Source of the DNA: Syntrophales bacterium
GTDB lineage: Bacteria > Desulfobacterota > Syntrophia > Syntrophales > UBA2210
Length of the DNA: 64,000 nt
NCBI GenBank assembly: GCA_963662405.2
Contig: CAXXKT010000001.1
Coordinates: 2,048,001-2,112,000 of the forward strand
Reading direction: 5' to 3'
Below, one piece after another: positions 41,284 through 52,260 of this stretch. Positions within the stretch are counted from its first letter, which is position 1; the number at the start of each line of letters is the position of its first letter. A program made the position numbers and the translations under genes. The notes beneath the pieces were generated by a model. The model did no database searches. It worked only from the letters and a program-made list of their open reading frames with translations, and was not told where the DNA came from.

Positions 41284-42792
41284 ATGTACAGTCCGTCTTT
41301 TGAGACATTTGAAAAACTGACCCGCGAAGGGAACCTGATCCCCGTTTACCGCGAGATCCTCGCTGACACGGAGACCCCTGTTTCGGTCCTGATGAAACTG
41401 CGTTCCCGGCGGCACGCCTTCCTCCTGGAGAGCGTCGAAGGGGGAGAGAAATGGGGGCGCTACACCTTCCTCGGGTCCGATCCCCGCGTGAAATTCCGCG
41501 TGAGAGGAGAAGAGGTCCTGATCCGGGAGAACGGAAGGGAAGAGAGCCGTGAACATAACGGCGATCCCATGCGTTTCCTGAGGGAACTGATGGCGCGCTA
41601 CCGCCCCGTCCAGGCGGAGGGCCTCCCGCGGTTCTACGGCGGGGCCGTGGGTTTCCTCGGTTACGATATGGTTCGCTACTTCGAGCGACTCCCCGCGCAG
41701 CCCGCGGACGACCTCGGCACCGACGACGCCGTCTTTCTTATCACGGACACACTGATCGTCTTCGATAACGTCCGGCACACGATCAAGGTTGTTGCCTGCG
41801 TCTGTACCGAGGGGGAAGAAGACCTCCGTGCTCTATACGAAGAGGGCCTGCGGGAGATCGAAGAGACGGTTGCCATGATCCAGGCGCCCCTCGAAGGACC
41901 GGATACTTCCCGTAAAAAAGCGGGCGATGCCACTCTCAGTTCGAATATGACGCCGGATGAGTACAAGGCCATGGTGGAGCGGGCGAAGGAGTACATCGTC
42001 GCCGGTGATATCATCCAGGCCGTCCTCTCGCAGCGGTTCGAGATGAAGAGCGACCGGGACCCCGTGGATCTCTACCGGGCCCTCCGGTACATCAATCCCT
42101 CTCCCTATCTCTTCTACCTCCAGTTCGACGATACGATCCTCATCGGTTCGTCCCCGGAGGTGATGGTCCGACACGAAGAGGGGGTCGTCGAACTCAGGCC
42201 CATCGCGGGGACACGGAAGAGGGGAAAAACCGAGCAGGAGGATCGTGCCCTTGCCGACGAACTCCTCCAGGACCCGAAGGAACGGGCGGAGCACGTCATG
42301 CTCGTCGATCTGGGGAGGAACGACCTGGGGCGGATCGCCCAGACCGGGAGCGTCCAGGTCAACCAGTTGATGACGGTGGAGCGGTACTCCCACGTCATGC
42401 ACCTCGTCTCCAACATCCAGGCCCACCTGGCACGGGGAAAGGACTGCTTCGATGTCCTGGCGGCCACTTTTCCGGCGGGGACCCTCTCGGGGGCGCCGAA
42501 GGTCCGGGCCATGGAGATCATCGACGAGTTGGAACCGACCCGGCGGGGGCCGTACGGCGGGGCCGTTGGCTACTTCAGCTACACGGGGAACATGGACCTG
42601 TGCATCACGATCAGGACCATGACCGTGAAGGATGGAAAGATCTACGTCCAGGTCGGCGCGGGGATCGTCGCCGACTCCGATCCGGACGCGGAATACCAGG
42701 AAACAGTCAACAAGGGCGCGGGGATGATGCAGGCCATCAGGCTGGTCGACTCCCGGTTCGAAATTCTACACAGCAATGGAGAAAAGAAATGA
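41284..42792 (+). CDS. trpE: Anthranilate synthase component I
   Basis: FLLESVEGGE, NPSPY, GSSPE, PIAGT, AEHVMLVDLGRND. Confidence 0.96.
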   Translation: MYSPSFETFEKLTREGNLIPVYREILADTETPVSVLMKLRSRRHAFLLESVEGGEKWGRYTFLGSDPRVKFRVRGEEVLIRENGREESREHNGDPMRFLRELMARYRPVQAEGLPRFYGGAVGFLGYDMVRYFERLPAQPADDLGTDDAVFLITDTLIVFDNVRHTIKVVACVCTEGEEDLRALYEEGLREIEETVAMIQAPLEGPDTSRKKAGDATLSSNMTPDEYKAMVERAKEYIVAGDIIQAVLSQRFEMKSDRDPVDLYRALRYINPSPYLFYLQFDDTILIGSSPEVMVRHEEGVVELRPIAGTRKRGKTEQEDRALADELLQDPKERAEHVMLVDLGRNDLGRIAQTGSVQVNQLMTVERYSHVMHLVSNIQAHLARGKDCFDVLAATFPAGTLSGAPKVRAMEIIDELEPTRRGPYGGAVGYFSYTGNMDLCITIRTMTVKDGKIYVQVGAGIVADSDPDAEYQETVNKGAGMMQAIRLVDSRFEILHSNGEKK

Positions 42793-43370
42793 TTCTGATG
42801 ATCGACAACTATGATTCGTTTACCTACAACCTCGTCCAGTATCTCGAACAGATGGGCGAAGAGGTAATGGTCTATCGTAACGACGAGGTCACCCTCGACC
42901 AGATCGAGGAGATGCATCCCGACGCGATCTTCCTGTCCCCCGGTCCCGGTTCCCCCGAAGGGGCGGGGATCACCGTGGATGTGATCAGGCGCTTTCACGC
43001 CACGATCCCCATCATGGGGATCTGCCTGGGGCACCAGGCCATCGGCTACGCCTTCGGCGCCGATGTGGTCAGGGCCGGCAGGCTGATGCACGGCAAGACA
43101 TCGGGGATCATCAATGACGGCAAGACGATCTTCAAGGGAGTCCCCAGCCCCTTCGAGGCGGGGCGGTACCATTCGCTGATCCTGCGCAGGGAATCGATGC
43201 CTCCCTGTCTCGAAATCAGCGCCGAGACGGAGGAAGGGGAGATCATGGGCGTCCGGCACCATGAATACCCGGTGGAGGGAATCCAGTTTCACCCCGAATC
43301 GATCCTGACACCGAACGGGAAGAGAGTCATCAAAAATTTCATCACAATGAGGAGGGGGTACGTGTCATGA
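42789..43370 (+). CDS. trpG: Anthranilate synthase component II
   Basis: [24 protein letters not shown]. Confidence 0.96.
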   Translation: MILMIDNYDSFTYNLVQYLEQMGEEVMVYRNDEVTLDQIEEMHPDAIFLSPGPGSPEGAGITVDVIRRFHATIPIMGICLGHQAIGYAFGADVVRAGRLMHGKTSGIINDGKTIFKGVPSPFEAGRYHSLILRRESMPPCLEISAETEEGEIMGVRHHEYPVEGIQFHPESILTPNGKRVIKNFITMRRGYVS

Positions 43371-44377
43371 TCAGAGAGGCGATCGGAAAGGTAGTCGGCG
43401 GGGAAAACCTCACGGAACGGGAGATGATGGCGGTGATGGACGAGGTGATGGAAGGGAAGGCGACGGACGCGCAGATCGCCTCATTCATGACGGCCCTGCG
43501 GCTTAAGGGGGAGACGGTCCAGGAGGTGACCGGGGCGGCCCGGGTCATGCGGCAGAAGGCGACGCGGATCGATGCCCGTTCGTCGGTTATCGTGGACACC
43601 TGCGGGACCGGGGGTGACGGGATGAATACCTTCAACATCTCCACCACGGCGGCGTTCGTCGTGGCGGCGGCGGGGATTACCGTGGCGAAACACGGCAACC
43701 GTGCCGTCTCCAGCGGTTGCGGGAGCGCGGATGTCCTCGAGGCCCTCGGCGTCAATATCGGTGTCGGCCCGGAGATCGTGGAGGAATGCGTCCAGCAGAT
43801 CGGGATCGGCTTTCTCTTCGCACCCCGGCTCCACGGCGCCATGAAGTACGCCATCGGACCGCGCCGGGAGATCGGGATACGGACCATATTCAATATGCTG
43901 GGACCGCTGACCAACCCGGCCGGGGCGACCTCCCAGTTGATCGGGGTCTACGATCCGTCGCTGACGGAGATGTTCGCCGGTGTCCTGAAGAACCTGGGAA
44001 CGAAGCGCGCCTTCGTGGTGCACGGCTCGGACGGCCTCGACGAGGCGACGGTGACGGGAGAGACGCGTGTTTCCGAACTGAAGGACGGTCTCATCACTAC
44101 CTACAACATCAATCCGATTGACTCTTTCGGCAATGTGTACACGGTCGAAGATCTTCGCGGAGGAGATGCCTCGGTAAACGCGCAGATCACGAAAGATATC
44201 CTGTCGGGTAAAAACGGGGCCCGCCGGAAGATCACGGTACTCAATGCCGGCCTTGCCATCGTGGCGGGGGAGAAGGCGGATACCGTTCAGGAGGGAATCA
44301 AACTGGCCGAGGAATGTATCGACAGCGGGGCGGCGATCAAGAAGCTGCAGGCCCTGATCGAGATGAGCAACAGTTGA
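43367..44377 (+). CDS. trpD: Anthranilate phosphoribosyltransferase
   Basis: [18 protein letters not shown]. Confidence 0.96.
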   Translation: MIREAIGKVVGGENLTEREMMAVMDEVMEGKATDAQIASFMTALRLKGETVQEVTGAARVMRQKATRIDARSSVIVDTCGTGGDGMNTFNISTTAAFVVAAAGITVAKHGNRAVSSGCGSADVLEALGVNIGVGPEIVEECVQQIGIGFLFAPRLHGAMKYAIGPRREIGIRTIFNMLGPLTNPAGATSQLIGVYDPSLTEMFAGVLKNLGTKRAFVVHGSDGLDEATVTGETRVSELKDGLITTYNINPIDSFGNVYTVEDLRGGDASVNAQITKDILSGKNGARRKITVLNAGLAIVAGEKADTVQEGIKLAEECIDSGAAIKKLQALIEMSNS

Positions 44378-44385
44378 GCGGGGCT

Positions 44386-45159
44386 ATGATCTTAGACGAA
44401 ATAGTACAGGTGAAGCGGGCGGAGGTTGCGCGCCTGAGGGAGAAGACCTTCCTCGGTGCCATGCGGGAGGCGGCGCTGGATATGCCTCTTCCCCGGGACT
44501 TCAGGGGGGCGATCGAGGGCTCCCCCTGCGCCGTCATCGCGGAGGTGAAGCGGACCTCCCCGTCAAAGGGGAGGATCAGGGAGGATTTCGATCATCTCGC
44601 AATCGCCACCCTTTATGAGGAGAACGGTGCGGCGGCAATCTCCGTCCTGACGGACGAGACCTTTTTCGAGGGAAAAAGGGAATACCTTTCCGAGATCAAG
44701 GGGCGGGTCTCGCTCCCCATTCTCAGGAAGGATTTCATCATCGACCCGTATCAGGTCTGCGAAACGCGCATCATCGGCGCCGATGCCGTCCTTCTCATCG
44801 CCGCTATCCTGGACGGGCCGGATCTGGGGAATCTGATAGAACTGGCAGAGGAACTGGACCTCACCCCCCTGGTCGAGGTCCACTGTAGAGAGGAACTGAA
44901 GCGGGCGGTGGACGCCGGGGCGCAGGTCATCGGGATCAACAACCGGAATCTGCAGACCTTCGTGACGGATCTGGAGACCACACGGGAACTGGCTCCCCTC
45001 GTCCCCGAAGGACGGATCGTGATCAGCGAGAGCGGAATCGGGGGGCGGGGTGACATCGAACGGCTTATGCGGGGAGGTGTCCACGCATTTCTCGTCGGCG
45101 AGACGCTGATGCGGGCCCCCGATGTGGGGACCAAACTGAGAGAGCTTCTGGGAGAGTGA
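44386..45159 (+). CDS. trpC: Indole-3-glycerol phosphate synthase
   Basis: IAEVKRTSPSKG, LRKDFII, GINNRNL, SESGI. Confidence 0.96.
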   Translation: MILDEIVQVKRAEVARLREKTFLGAMREAALDMPLPRDFRGAIEGSPCAVIAEVKRTSPSKGRIREDFDHLAIATLYEENGAAAISVLTDETFFEGKREYLSEIKGRVSLPILRKDFIIDPYQVCETRIIGADAVLLIAAILDGPDLGNLIELAEELDLTPLVEVHCREELKRAVDAGAQVIGINNRNLQTFVTDLETTRELAPLVPEGRIVISESGIGGRGDIERLMRGGVHAFLVGETLMRAPDVGTKLRELLGE

Positions 45160-45169
45160 GGAACAACCG

Positions 45170-45844
45170 ATGACCGAAATAAAGATCTGCGGCATCACCA
45201 CCCTTGACGACGCCCTGACTGTCTATGAGGCAGGTGCCGATGCCCTGGGATTCATCTTCTACCCGAAGAGCCCTCGCTGCGTGCCGCCGAAGCCCGCACG
45301 GGAGATCATCACGGCCCTTCCTCGCGGTATCGCGAAGGTCGGGGTGTTCGTCAACGAGGACCCCGAGCGTGTCGTAAAGATCGCCCAATCGTGCGATCTC
45401 GATCTTCTCCAGTTTCACGGAACCGAGGCACCGAGCTACTGCCGCCAGTTTCCGGCATCGATGGTGATCAAGGCCTTTTTACCCCGAACCGCGGCCGACC
45501 TCGAAAGTGTGGCGGATTACCCGGTGCGGGCGATCCTCGTGGATGCCTTCGCGCCCGGTCTCTACGGCGGGACGGGAAAGGTGTCGAACTGGGAACTGGC
45601 CCGCGAGATCGGGGAGAAGTATCCCCTGATTCTCTCCGGCGGGCTGAATGAGCGGAACATAGAAGAGGCGATCGAATCGGTCTCGCCGGATGCCGTCGAC
45701 ATCAACAGCGGCGTCGAATTCGCACCGGGGAGGAAGGATCACGCAAAGATTATTAGAATCATAAGAACAATCCGCCAATGTGGTCGGAACGGCGGCGGAA
45801 AAGGAACACATATCTTTAGAATCGAGGACGGAACGATACAATGA
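45170..45844 (+). CDS. trpF: Phosphoribosylanthranilate isomerase
   Basis: IKICGIT, GGTG, LSGGL, DINSGVE. Confidence 0.95.
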   Translation: MTEIKICGITTLDDALTVYEAGADALGFIFYPKSPRCVPPKPAREIITALPRGIAKVGVFVNEDPERVVKIAQSCDLDLLQFHGTEAPSYCRQFPASMVIKAFLPRTAADLESVADYPVRAILVDAFAPGLYGGTGKVSNWELAREIGEKYPLILSGGLNERNIEEAIESVSPDAVDINSGVEFAPGRKDHAKIIRIIRTIRQCGRNGGGKGTHIFRIEDGTIQ

Positions 45845-47037
45845 GAACCATGCCTGACAAAAACGGCCACTTCGGTCTCTTCGGGGGGCGCTACGCGGCG
45901 GAGACGCTGATGCCTGCCCTTCTGGAGCTGGAGGAGGCCTACCGCGACGCGAAGAAGGATCCGGCCTTCAAGAAGGAGCTTGCCTCTTATCTCCGTGAAT
46001 ACTCGGGCCGCCGGACCCCGCTCTACCTCGCGAAGGGGCTCATGGAAAAGACGGGGGGTGCCCGGGTTTACCTGAAGCGTGAAGACCTCAATCATACAGG
46101 GGCCCACAAGATCAACAACACCCTGGGGCAGGCCCTCCTCGCGAAGAGGATGGGGAAGACGAGGATCATGGCGGAGACGGGGGCCGGCCAGCACGGCGTG
46201 GCGACCGCGACCGCGGCGGCCCTCTTCGGGATGGAGTGCCGGGTCTTCATGGGCGAGGAGGATATCCACAGGCAGGCGCCCAATGTCATGCGGATGAAGA
46301 TCCTGGGCGCGGAGGTTATTCCCGTCTCGTCCGGGACCGGGACGCTCAAGGACGCCATGAACGAGGCGATGCGCCAGTGGGTCTCCCATGTGAAGGACAC
46401 CTTCTACATCATCGGCAGCACGGCGGGTCCCCACCCCTATCCGATGATGGTACGCGACTTCCAGACCGTGATCGGGAAAGAGACGAGGCGACAGATTCTG
46501 AAGGCGGAGGGGAGGCTTCCCGATGTCCTGATTGCCTGCGTGGGCGGCGGGAGCAACGCCATGGGCCTCTTCTGGCCCTTCCGGAATGATCCGGGCGTCG
46601 AGCTGATCGGCGTGGAGGCCGCGGGGTTTGGCATCGAGACGGGGAAACACGCGGCGAGCATATCGGCGGGGAGGCTCGGTGTCCTCCACGGGAACAAGAC
46701 GTATCTTCTCCAGGACGACGGCGGCCAGGTATGCGATGCCTCTTCCATCGCGGCGGGTCTCGATTATCCCGGCGTCGGTCCGGAGCACAGCCACTTCCAC
46801 GAGACGGGGCGGGCCCGGTACGTGACGATAGACGACGATGAGGCCCTTGACGCCTTCCTGACCCTGTCGCGGTGCGAGGGGATCATCCCCGCCATGGAGA
46901 GCGCGCACGCCGTCGCCTACGCGATGAAGCTCGCTCCCACGGTGGATCGTGACAAAATCATCATCGTCAACCTGTCGGGCAGAGGGGATAAGGACCTCGG
47001 CATCATCGAAGAGAGAGGGGAGGGTGGACTGGCGTGA
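45841..47037 (+). CDS. trpB: Tryptophan synthase beta chain
   Basis: [29 protein letters not shown]. Confidence 0.97.
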   Translation: MRTMPDKNGHFGLFGGRYAAETLMPALLELEEAYRDAKKDPAFKKELASYLREYSGRRTPLYLAKGLMEKTGGARVYLKREDLNHTGAHKINNTLGQALLAKRMGKTRIMAETGAGQHGVATATAAALFGMECRVFMGEEDIHRQAPNVMRMKILGAEVIPVSSGTGTLKDAMNEAMRQWVSHVKDTFYIIGSTAGPHPYPMMVRDFQTVIGKETRRQILKAEGRLPDVLIACVGGGSNAMGLFWPFRNDPGVELIGVEAAGFGIETGKHAASISAGRLGVLHGNKTYLLQDDGGQVCDASSIAAGLDYPGVGPEHSHFHETGRARYVTIDDDEALDAFLTLSRCEGIIPAMESAHAVAYAMKLAPTVDRDKIIIVNLSGRGDKDLGIIEERGEGGLA

Positions 47038-47837
47038 GCAGGATCGAAGAGAGATTCACAGAATTGAGGAAAGAGGGGTCGAAGGCCCTCATCGCCTACC
47101 TGACGGCAGGAGACCCGGACCTGGAGACGACACGGGAGATTATCCTCGCGCTGGACAGCGCGGGGGTCGATATCATCGAGATCGGCGTCCCCTTCTCCGA
47201 CCCGACGGCCGACGGTCCCATCATCCAGGCCGCCTCTTATCGCGCTCTCCAGGCGGGTGCGACCCTGACCGGCATACTGGAGATGATCGAAGCGGTCAGA
47301 CAGGTCAGCGAGATACCGGTTGTCCTCTTCGGGTATTACAACCCGATTCTCAGCTACGGGAACGAACGCTTCGCGAGGCGGGCGCGGGAGGCCGGCGTCG
47401 ACGGGATCCTGGTTGTCGATCTCCCCCCGGAGGAGGCCGGCGAACTGAGGCAATATACGGACCCGGCGGGGATTGATTTTATTTCACTCATCGCCCCGAC
47501 GACCACCGATGAGCGGATCAGGACGATCGCGAACAGTTCCGGCGGATTTTTGTACTACATCTCCATTACCGGCGTCACCGGGACGGCGAAGCCGAAAGTG
47601 TCTGATATCCAGAGAGATGTGAGGCGGATACGGGCCATCACGGATCTGCCGGTCGCGGTCGGGTTCGGGATATCCACCCCCGAACAGGCCCGCGATATCG
47701 CGCCCCACGCCGACGGGATCGTGATCGGGAGCGCCGTTGTGAGACTGATCGAGGAGGATGCCGGCGCGAATAACGGGGTGAATATCGTCGCCGGTTATGC
47801 TAGAGATATCAAGGCAGCCATTTCAGGCACACGCTAA
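47034..47837 (+). CDS. trpA: Tryptophan synthase alpha chain
   Basis: [23 protein letters not shown]. Confidence 0.97.
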   Translation: MSRIEERFTELRKEGSKALIAYLTAGDPDLETTREIILALDSAGVDIIEIGVPFSDPTADGPIIQAASYRALQAGATLTGILEMIEAVRQVSEIPVVLFGYYNPILSYGNERFARRAREAGVDGILVVDLPPEEAGELRQYTDPAGIDFISLIAPTTTDERIRTIANSSGGFLYYISITGVTGTAKPKVSDIQRDVRRIRAITDLPVAVGFGISTPEQARDIAPHADGIVIGSAVVRLIEEDAGANNGVNIVAGYARDIKAAISGTR

Positions 47838-47858
47838 AGCGCATCCGAGAGGGAACAG

Positions 47859-48623
47859 ATGGACACATTCGAGATAGGGATCATCGGCGGCACCGGCGGG
47901 ATCGGGCGGTGGTTCGCCGATTTCTTCCGGGGGGAGGGGTACACCGTCCACGTATCGGGACGGACGAGCGGGATGGGTCCGGATGATATGGCCCGGACCT
48001 GCGGGGTCGTGATCGTCAGCGTCCCGATCAATGCCACCGCCGCCACCATCGAAGAGATCGGCCTGCGGATGCCGGAGGGGTCCCTCTTGATGGACTTCAC
48101 CTCCCTGAAGGCGGAGCCGGTAAGGGCAATGCTGAAATCCTCCCGGTCGGAGGTGCTGGGGTGCCACCCTCTTTTCGGTCCGGATGTCCCCTCGATCAAC
48201 GAATTGAATGTTGTGATGTGCCCCGCGCGGGTCGATCGCTGGGCGGGCTGGCCGGATGAGCTCTTCCGGAAACGGGGTGCCCGTGTCTTCGAGACGACAC
48301 CGGAGCGGCACGACGAGGTGATGTCCGTCGTCCAGGTGCTGAACCACCTGGACACCATCGTCATGGCCCTTGCTTTGAAGCAGACCGGTATCGACCACGA
48401 AGATCTGAAGCGATTCTCCACCCCCATCTTCGACACGAAACTGGCCATCATCGAGAAGGTATGCGGGAACAACCCCCGGCTCTACGCCGACATCATCACG
48501 GGAAACCCGGATATCGCCACTATTATAACGACTTACGAACAAAGCCTCTCCCGCCTCAAAACACTGGTCGAGAAGGACGATGCCGAGGGGCTGGCGGAGC
48601 TGATCCGCGGCACACTCGCATAG
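47859..48623 (+). CDS. tyrA: Prephenate/arogenate dehydrogenase
   Basis: IIGGTGGIG, DFTSLK, HPLFGP, HDEVMSVVQ. Confidence 0.85.
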   Translation: MDTFEIGIIGGTGGIGRWFADFFRGEGYTVHVSGRTSGMGPDDMARTCGVVIVSVPINATAATIEEIGLRMPEGSLLMDFTSLKAEPVRAMLKSSRSEVLGCHPLFGPDVPSINELNVVMCPARVDRWAGWPDELFRKRGARVFETTPERHDEVMSVVQVLNHLDTIVMALALKQTGIDHEDLKRFSTPIFDTKLAIIEKVCGNNPRLYADIITGNPDIATIITTYEQSLSRLKTLVEKDDAEGLAELIRGTLA

Positions 48624-48711
48624 TTATCCGGTTGCGAGGGGAAAGACCGGTACCGTTCACCGACAGTGACGGGAAGGCGAAGACCTTTTAGAAACAGATA
48701 GAGGAAACAGG

Positions 48712-49434
48712 ATGTCCAATCATATAACCGGTGTCACGCTCCTGCAGGAGAAATTCCCGACGGATGAACAGTATCCCTTTTCGCTGTCGACCTTTCAGCA
48801 GACAACGCACTTGCCCTTCGATACACCCGTCACGCTCTTTGTCGGTGAGAACGGCACGGGGAAATCGACATTGCTGGAGGCCTTGGCACGTGCCTGTAAT
48901 ATCCATATCTGGAACAGGTCGGAGCGTCCGAGGGCCCGGGCAAACCGGTACGAACAGCTCCTGTACGCGTGCCTTCGCGTCGATTGGGCAAACGGTCGCG
49001 TCCCCGGTGCGTTTTTTGGTTCGGAGACATTCAGAGACTTCGCCGATATCGTTGAGGAATGGACCGTCTCCGACCCCGGCCAGCTGAAGTATTTCGGCGG
49101 CAAGTCGCTGGTGACGCAGTCCCACGGTCAGTCCATCATGTCCTATTTTCGGGCGCGGTATAAGATACAGGGTCTGTACCTCCTTGATGAGCCGGAGACG
49201 GCCCTCTCTCCTCGCAGTCAGCTGGAACTCCTCGAGATCATCGGAGAGAACAGCCGGGCCGGGCACGCCCAGTTTATTATCGCCACGCACTCACCGATTC
49301 TCCTTTCATGCGATGGCGCGACCATCTACAGTTTTGATTCCGTGCCGGTCCGATCCATCGGATATGAGGAGACCGATCATTATGGGGTGTACCGGCAGTT
49401 TCTCCTTTGTCGGCGGAATGAGCTGAAGGGGTGA
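48712..49434 (+). CDS. Stand-alone ABC-type ATPase (predicted ATPase)
   Basis: GENGTGKS, SHGQS signature variant, LLDEPE, ATHS. Confidence 0.85.
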   Translation: MSNHITGVTLLQEKFPTDEQYPFSLSTFQQTTHLPFDTPVTLFVGENGTGKSTLLEALARACNIHIWNRSERPRARANRYEQLLYACLRVDWANGRVPGAFFGSETFRDFADIVEEWTVSDPGQLKYFGGKSLVTQSHGQSIMSYFRARYKIQGLYLLDEPETALSPRSQLELLEIIGENSRAGHAQFIIATHSPILLSCDGATIYSFDSVPVRSIGYEETDHYGVYRQFLLCRRNELKG

Positions 49435-49968
49435 AATGGAAACCCCTCGCTTGGGGCGGATCTATGGACGACATCGTGATTCTGATGATATCCGTTGCCG
49501 CTTTGAACATCGCGGGATATTCCGCTATGTTCACCTGTGGCCGAATACCTCCGGGCCGGGATCGTTGCTGTACCGGTCGAACATAGGGGTCGATGCCTTT
49601 GACTTCGGGAAGACTGTACTCATGGATGGAAGGGTGATTGTTCGCTCCGACGATCTCTTCCTGATTTTGAACAGGTCGATTTCTACGGCCCGATCGGGGG
49701 AGATCCGGAACAGTATCTCAGAAGTGCCCTTCTGGAACCGGCGCCGCACTACTCGGGAAATGACATTGCGGAGATCTCTTGCCTGGACGGCCTCGCCCTC
49801 TTTCCTCTCTATTCGCTGACCGGCACGCAGAGACCGGGCAACGTCCTGACGGACCCGGAACGGCCCCCTGTGACTTTCGTAAATTTGTCCAATGAATACT
49901 TGCGGTCTCAGGAGAGGGGAAGTACAATTAGCACCATTATATAACAAATCGAGGTGAAGGGGAGATTC

Positions 49969-50079
49969 ATGGCTAAGGGAAGAGATGCTCAAAAAACGGA
50001 AAAGAAAAAATCGGCAAAGACGTTGAAAGAAAAGCGCACCGAGAAAAAGGAAAAGAAGGCCCAGAAGGATAAGATTTGA
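49969..50079 (+). CDS. Small Lys-rich protein, 36 aa (MAKGRDAQKTEKKKSAKTLKEKRTEKKEKKAQKDKI)
   Basis: Strong RBS (AAGGGGAG); below the ORF-track length cutoff; resembles a recurrent small basic peptide pattern. Confidence 0.6.
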   Translation: MAKGRDAQKTEKKKSAKTLKEKRTEKKEKKAQKDKI

Positions 50080-50696
50080 TTGAAAGGGCGGGCACGGTGA
50101 TATCTTTCCTTATCGAAATCGAGGTATTACGTGCTATGGGATCATGTGAATCCGACGATATGCGAAGCTGGCAGGGCGCGGGGATGTTACCGGTTTCGGT
50201 GTTCCTATGATTATTGTGTGTCACCCGGTCTTGGATTCTTCCCATATTCTTTGACAGGCGTACGGGAGTGTGATAGAAGCGCCGCTCTGCTGAGTCGTCG
50301 CATAGACATATTCTGAACATACGCTTCATCATGGTACATTCGAATAATGCGATTATGGCGTTTTGGAGGAAGACGCATTGGTTGCGTGATGGTGTGCCGT
50401 CTGCTGCTTGAACACAAGACGATAATCTGACAGTTGCCGATACAGCCTGGGTTTTGAGAGAGGTTGCGTAAACGGATAGTCCGTGAAAATCGAGGGATCG
50501 GTGAAATATACCCTGGCGGCAAACGGTTGGAACTCCGAGGCCTGGCAGGACGTTACCTTCTGCCTGTATCGCATAGTGTGATCTGTTTCCAGGTATGATT
50601 CTCGCGCACATCATACGTCCATGAACGCATGGCGAGTTTAAAGACATATTGTCGAAATGACTACAGTAAGAATAAGAAACTATGGGGAGGAACAGA

Positions 50697-51245
50697 ATGA
50701 AAGACTGCTCGAGGATTAAATTTTTTAGCGGCGGACTAAAAGGTGCGGAAAACGCCTTTGGAGAAAATGCGGAGAAGTGGGGGATTCACGAAGAAACGTT
50801 TTCGTTCCCGGGACATATCCTCTCTCGTGAAAAGAATGTGACGATCTTACGGGATGAGGAATTGAGATTGGGTGATGTGAGCATGGAGATTGTTTTCAAA
50901 CGTATGGGGAGACGATATACCCATACCGACACCATCCGAAAGATAATTCAGGTTATTTTCCATATGGTCAATAACGGATTCCAGGTCATAGCGGTGGGTA
51001 CGATTATAGAAGACGGGACCGTTAAAGGCGGAACGGGCTGGGCCGTTGAGCTGGCAAAATTTTTCAACCGCCCGGTGAGTGTTTTCGATCAGGAAAGATC
51101 CGGCTGGTATACGTGGAAGAACGGCACCTGGGAAAAGGACACACCCCTCATCAGTTATGAATCATTTTGTGGGACGGGGACGCGCAATCTGACTGAAAAA
51201 GGGCGCAAGGCAATTGATGATCTTTTTGAGCGATCTTTTGCTTGA
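50697..51245 (+). CDS. Conserved hypothetical protein (possibly SLOG/DprA-like nucleotide-binding fold)
   Basis: SGGLKGAE, GGTGWAVELAK, GTGTR; GGAGG RBS. Confidence 0.6.
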   Translation: MKDCSRIKFFSGGLKGAENAFGENAEKWGIHEETFSFPGHILSREKNVTILRDEELRLGDVSMEIVFKRMGRRYTHTDTIRKIIQVIFHMVNNGFQVIAVGTIIEDGTVKGGTGWAVELAKFFNRPVSVFDQERSGWYTWKNGTWEKDTPLISYESFCGTGTRNLTEKGRKAIDDLFERSFA

Positions 51246-51428
51246 ATACTGATCGCCTGACGCTACGGAGGTTGCTGCTCACTTTGAGAGAGGGTCTCTT
51301 TCTATGTGATGGCTGAGGGACGCGCTCGATGTTACAGAGTGCCCAACGGGGCACTACTCCCGACTCATGCTGGTTGGACTTGCTGACTTGGGTATACCGG
51401 CGATTCGCTGTCGATAGAGAGGGGAACC

Positions 51429-52109
51429 ATGAGATCGATTAAAGAGAACAATTCCGATATGGGGCCTGAAACGTACAAAGTTCCGATTCCAGTTACCCGC
51501 CAAGAGGCCTTTGTCAACGGCGTGTATGCTTCTGTGGACGAAGCGAGTGCTTGTGAACAGGATCGACTGAGAAGCGAGGAGGGAATTATCCCAACCTGTA
51601 AGATGGGGTGCTGTTACTGTTGCCGATATCATGTCCTTACGAACAGGGTAGAGGCACACACCTTGGCCCAATATGTGAGGCGGGTCCTATCGGACGACCA
51701 GATAGACGGTCTTCGCGAACGAACGCAGCGATGGCATGAATGGGATCATGCCAGGCGGGAGAGATATATGTCACCAGCGGTCGATGAGCAGAGCGATACT
51801 TCCAATGAAGAGTCGTGTCCGTGTCCTCTTTTGGTCGATGGCGCCTGTATCGCCTACCCGGTGAGGCCGGTCGTGTGCCGAACGCATTTTGTCTCTTCAC
51901 CTTCCCGGTTGTGCCGAGCACGTCTCGATCCTAAATCGACGAAGGAGGCTCCGGTGGTGCTTCTGTCCATTGTGACAGCGACACGCCCGGTTTCACGAGC
52001 GATAAGGGATCATATCGAAAAAACAGGAGTGGATTTTTCTCGGTCGCAGATGCTTCTCCCCCAGTGGTTGGCGGTTGAAATGAATTGGGATTTTGCCATA
52101 TCGGTGTGA
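51429..52109 (+). CDS. YkgJ-family cysteine-cluster protein
   Basis: CKMGCCYCC, CPLLVDGACIAYPVRPVVCR. Confidence 0.85.
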   Translation: MRSIKENNSDMGPETYKVPIPVTRQEAFVNGVYASVDEASACEQDRLRSEEGIIPTCKMGCCYCCRYHVLTNRVEAHTLAQYVRRVLSDDQIDGLRERTQRWHEWDHARRERYMSPAVDEQSDTSNEESCPCPLLVDGACIAYPVRPVVCRTHFVSSPSRLCRARLDPKSTKEAPVVLLSIVTATRPVSRAIRDHIEKTGVDFSRSQMLLPQWLAVEMNWDFAISV

Positions 52110-52260
52110 TCTCTCGTCCCGGTCTCGGCAGGAATGGGATCAACAGGATAATCACCCAAGCGGACGGTCATCACCGTCCGCTTGGGTGTGATTTGATCCA
52201 TGGCCCCTATGCCCTGCCGATACAGTTGCCATAAATTCCAAAAGGGTATACAAGCGCCCC

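Noticed and set aside
49436..49992. Overlapping ORFs on both strands
   Set aside because: No recognisable motif or clear RBS; cannot decide which, if any, is real.
50280..50640. Possible c-di-GMP riboswitch (GGCAAAC) in a long intergenic gap
   Set aside because: Lacks the GAAA loop and GACGCAAAG elements.
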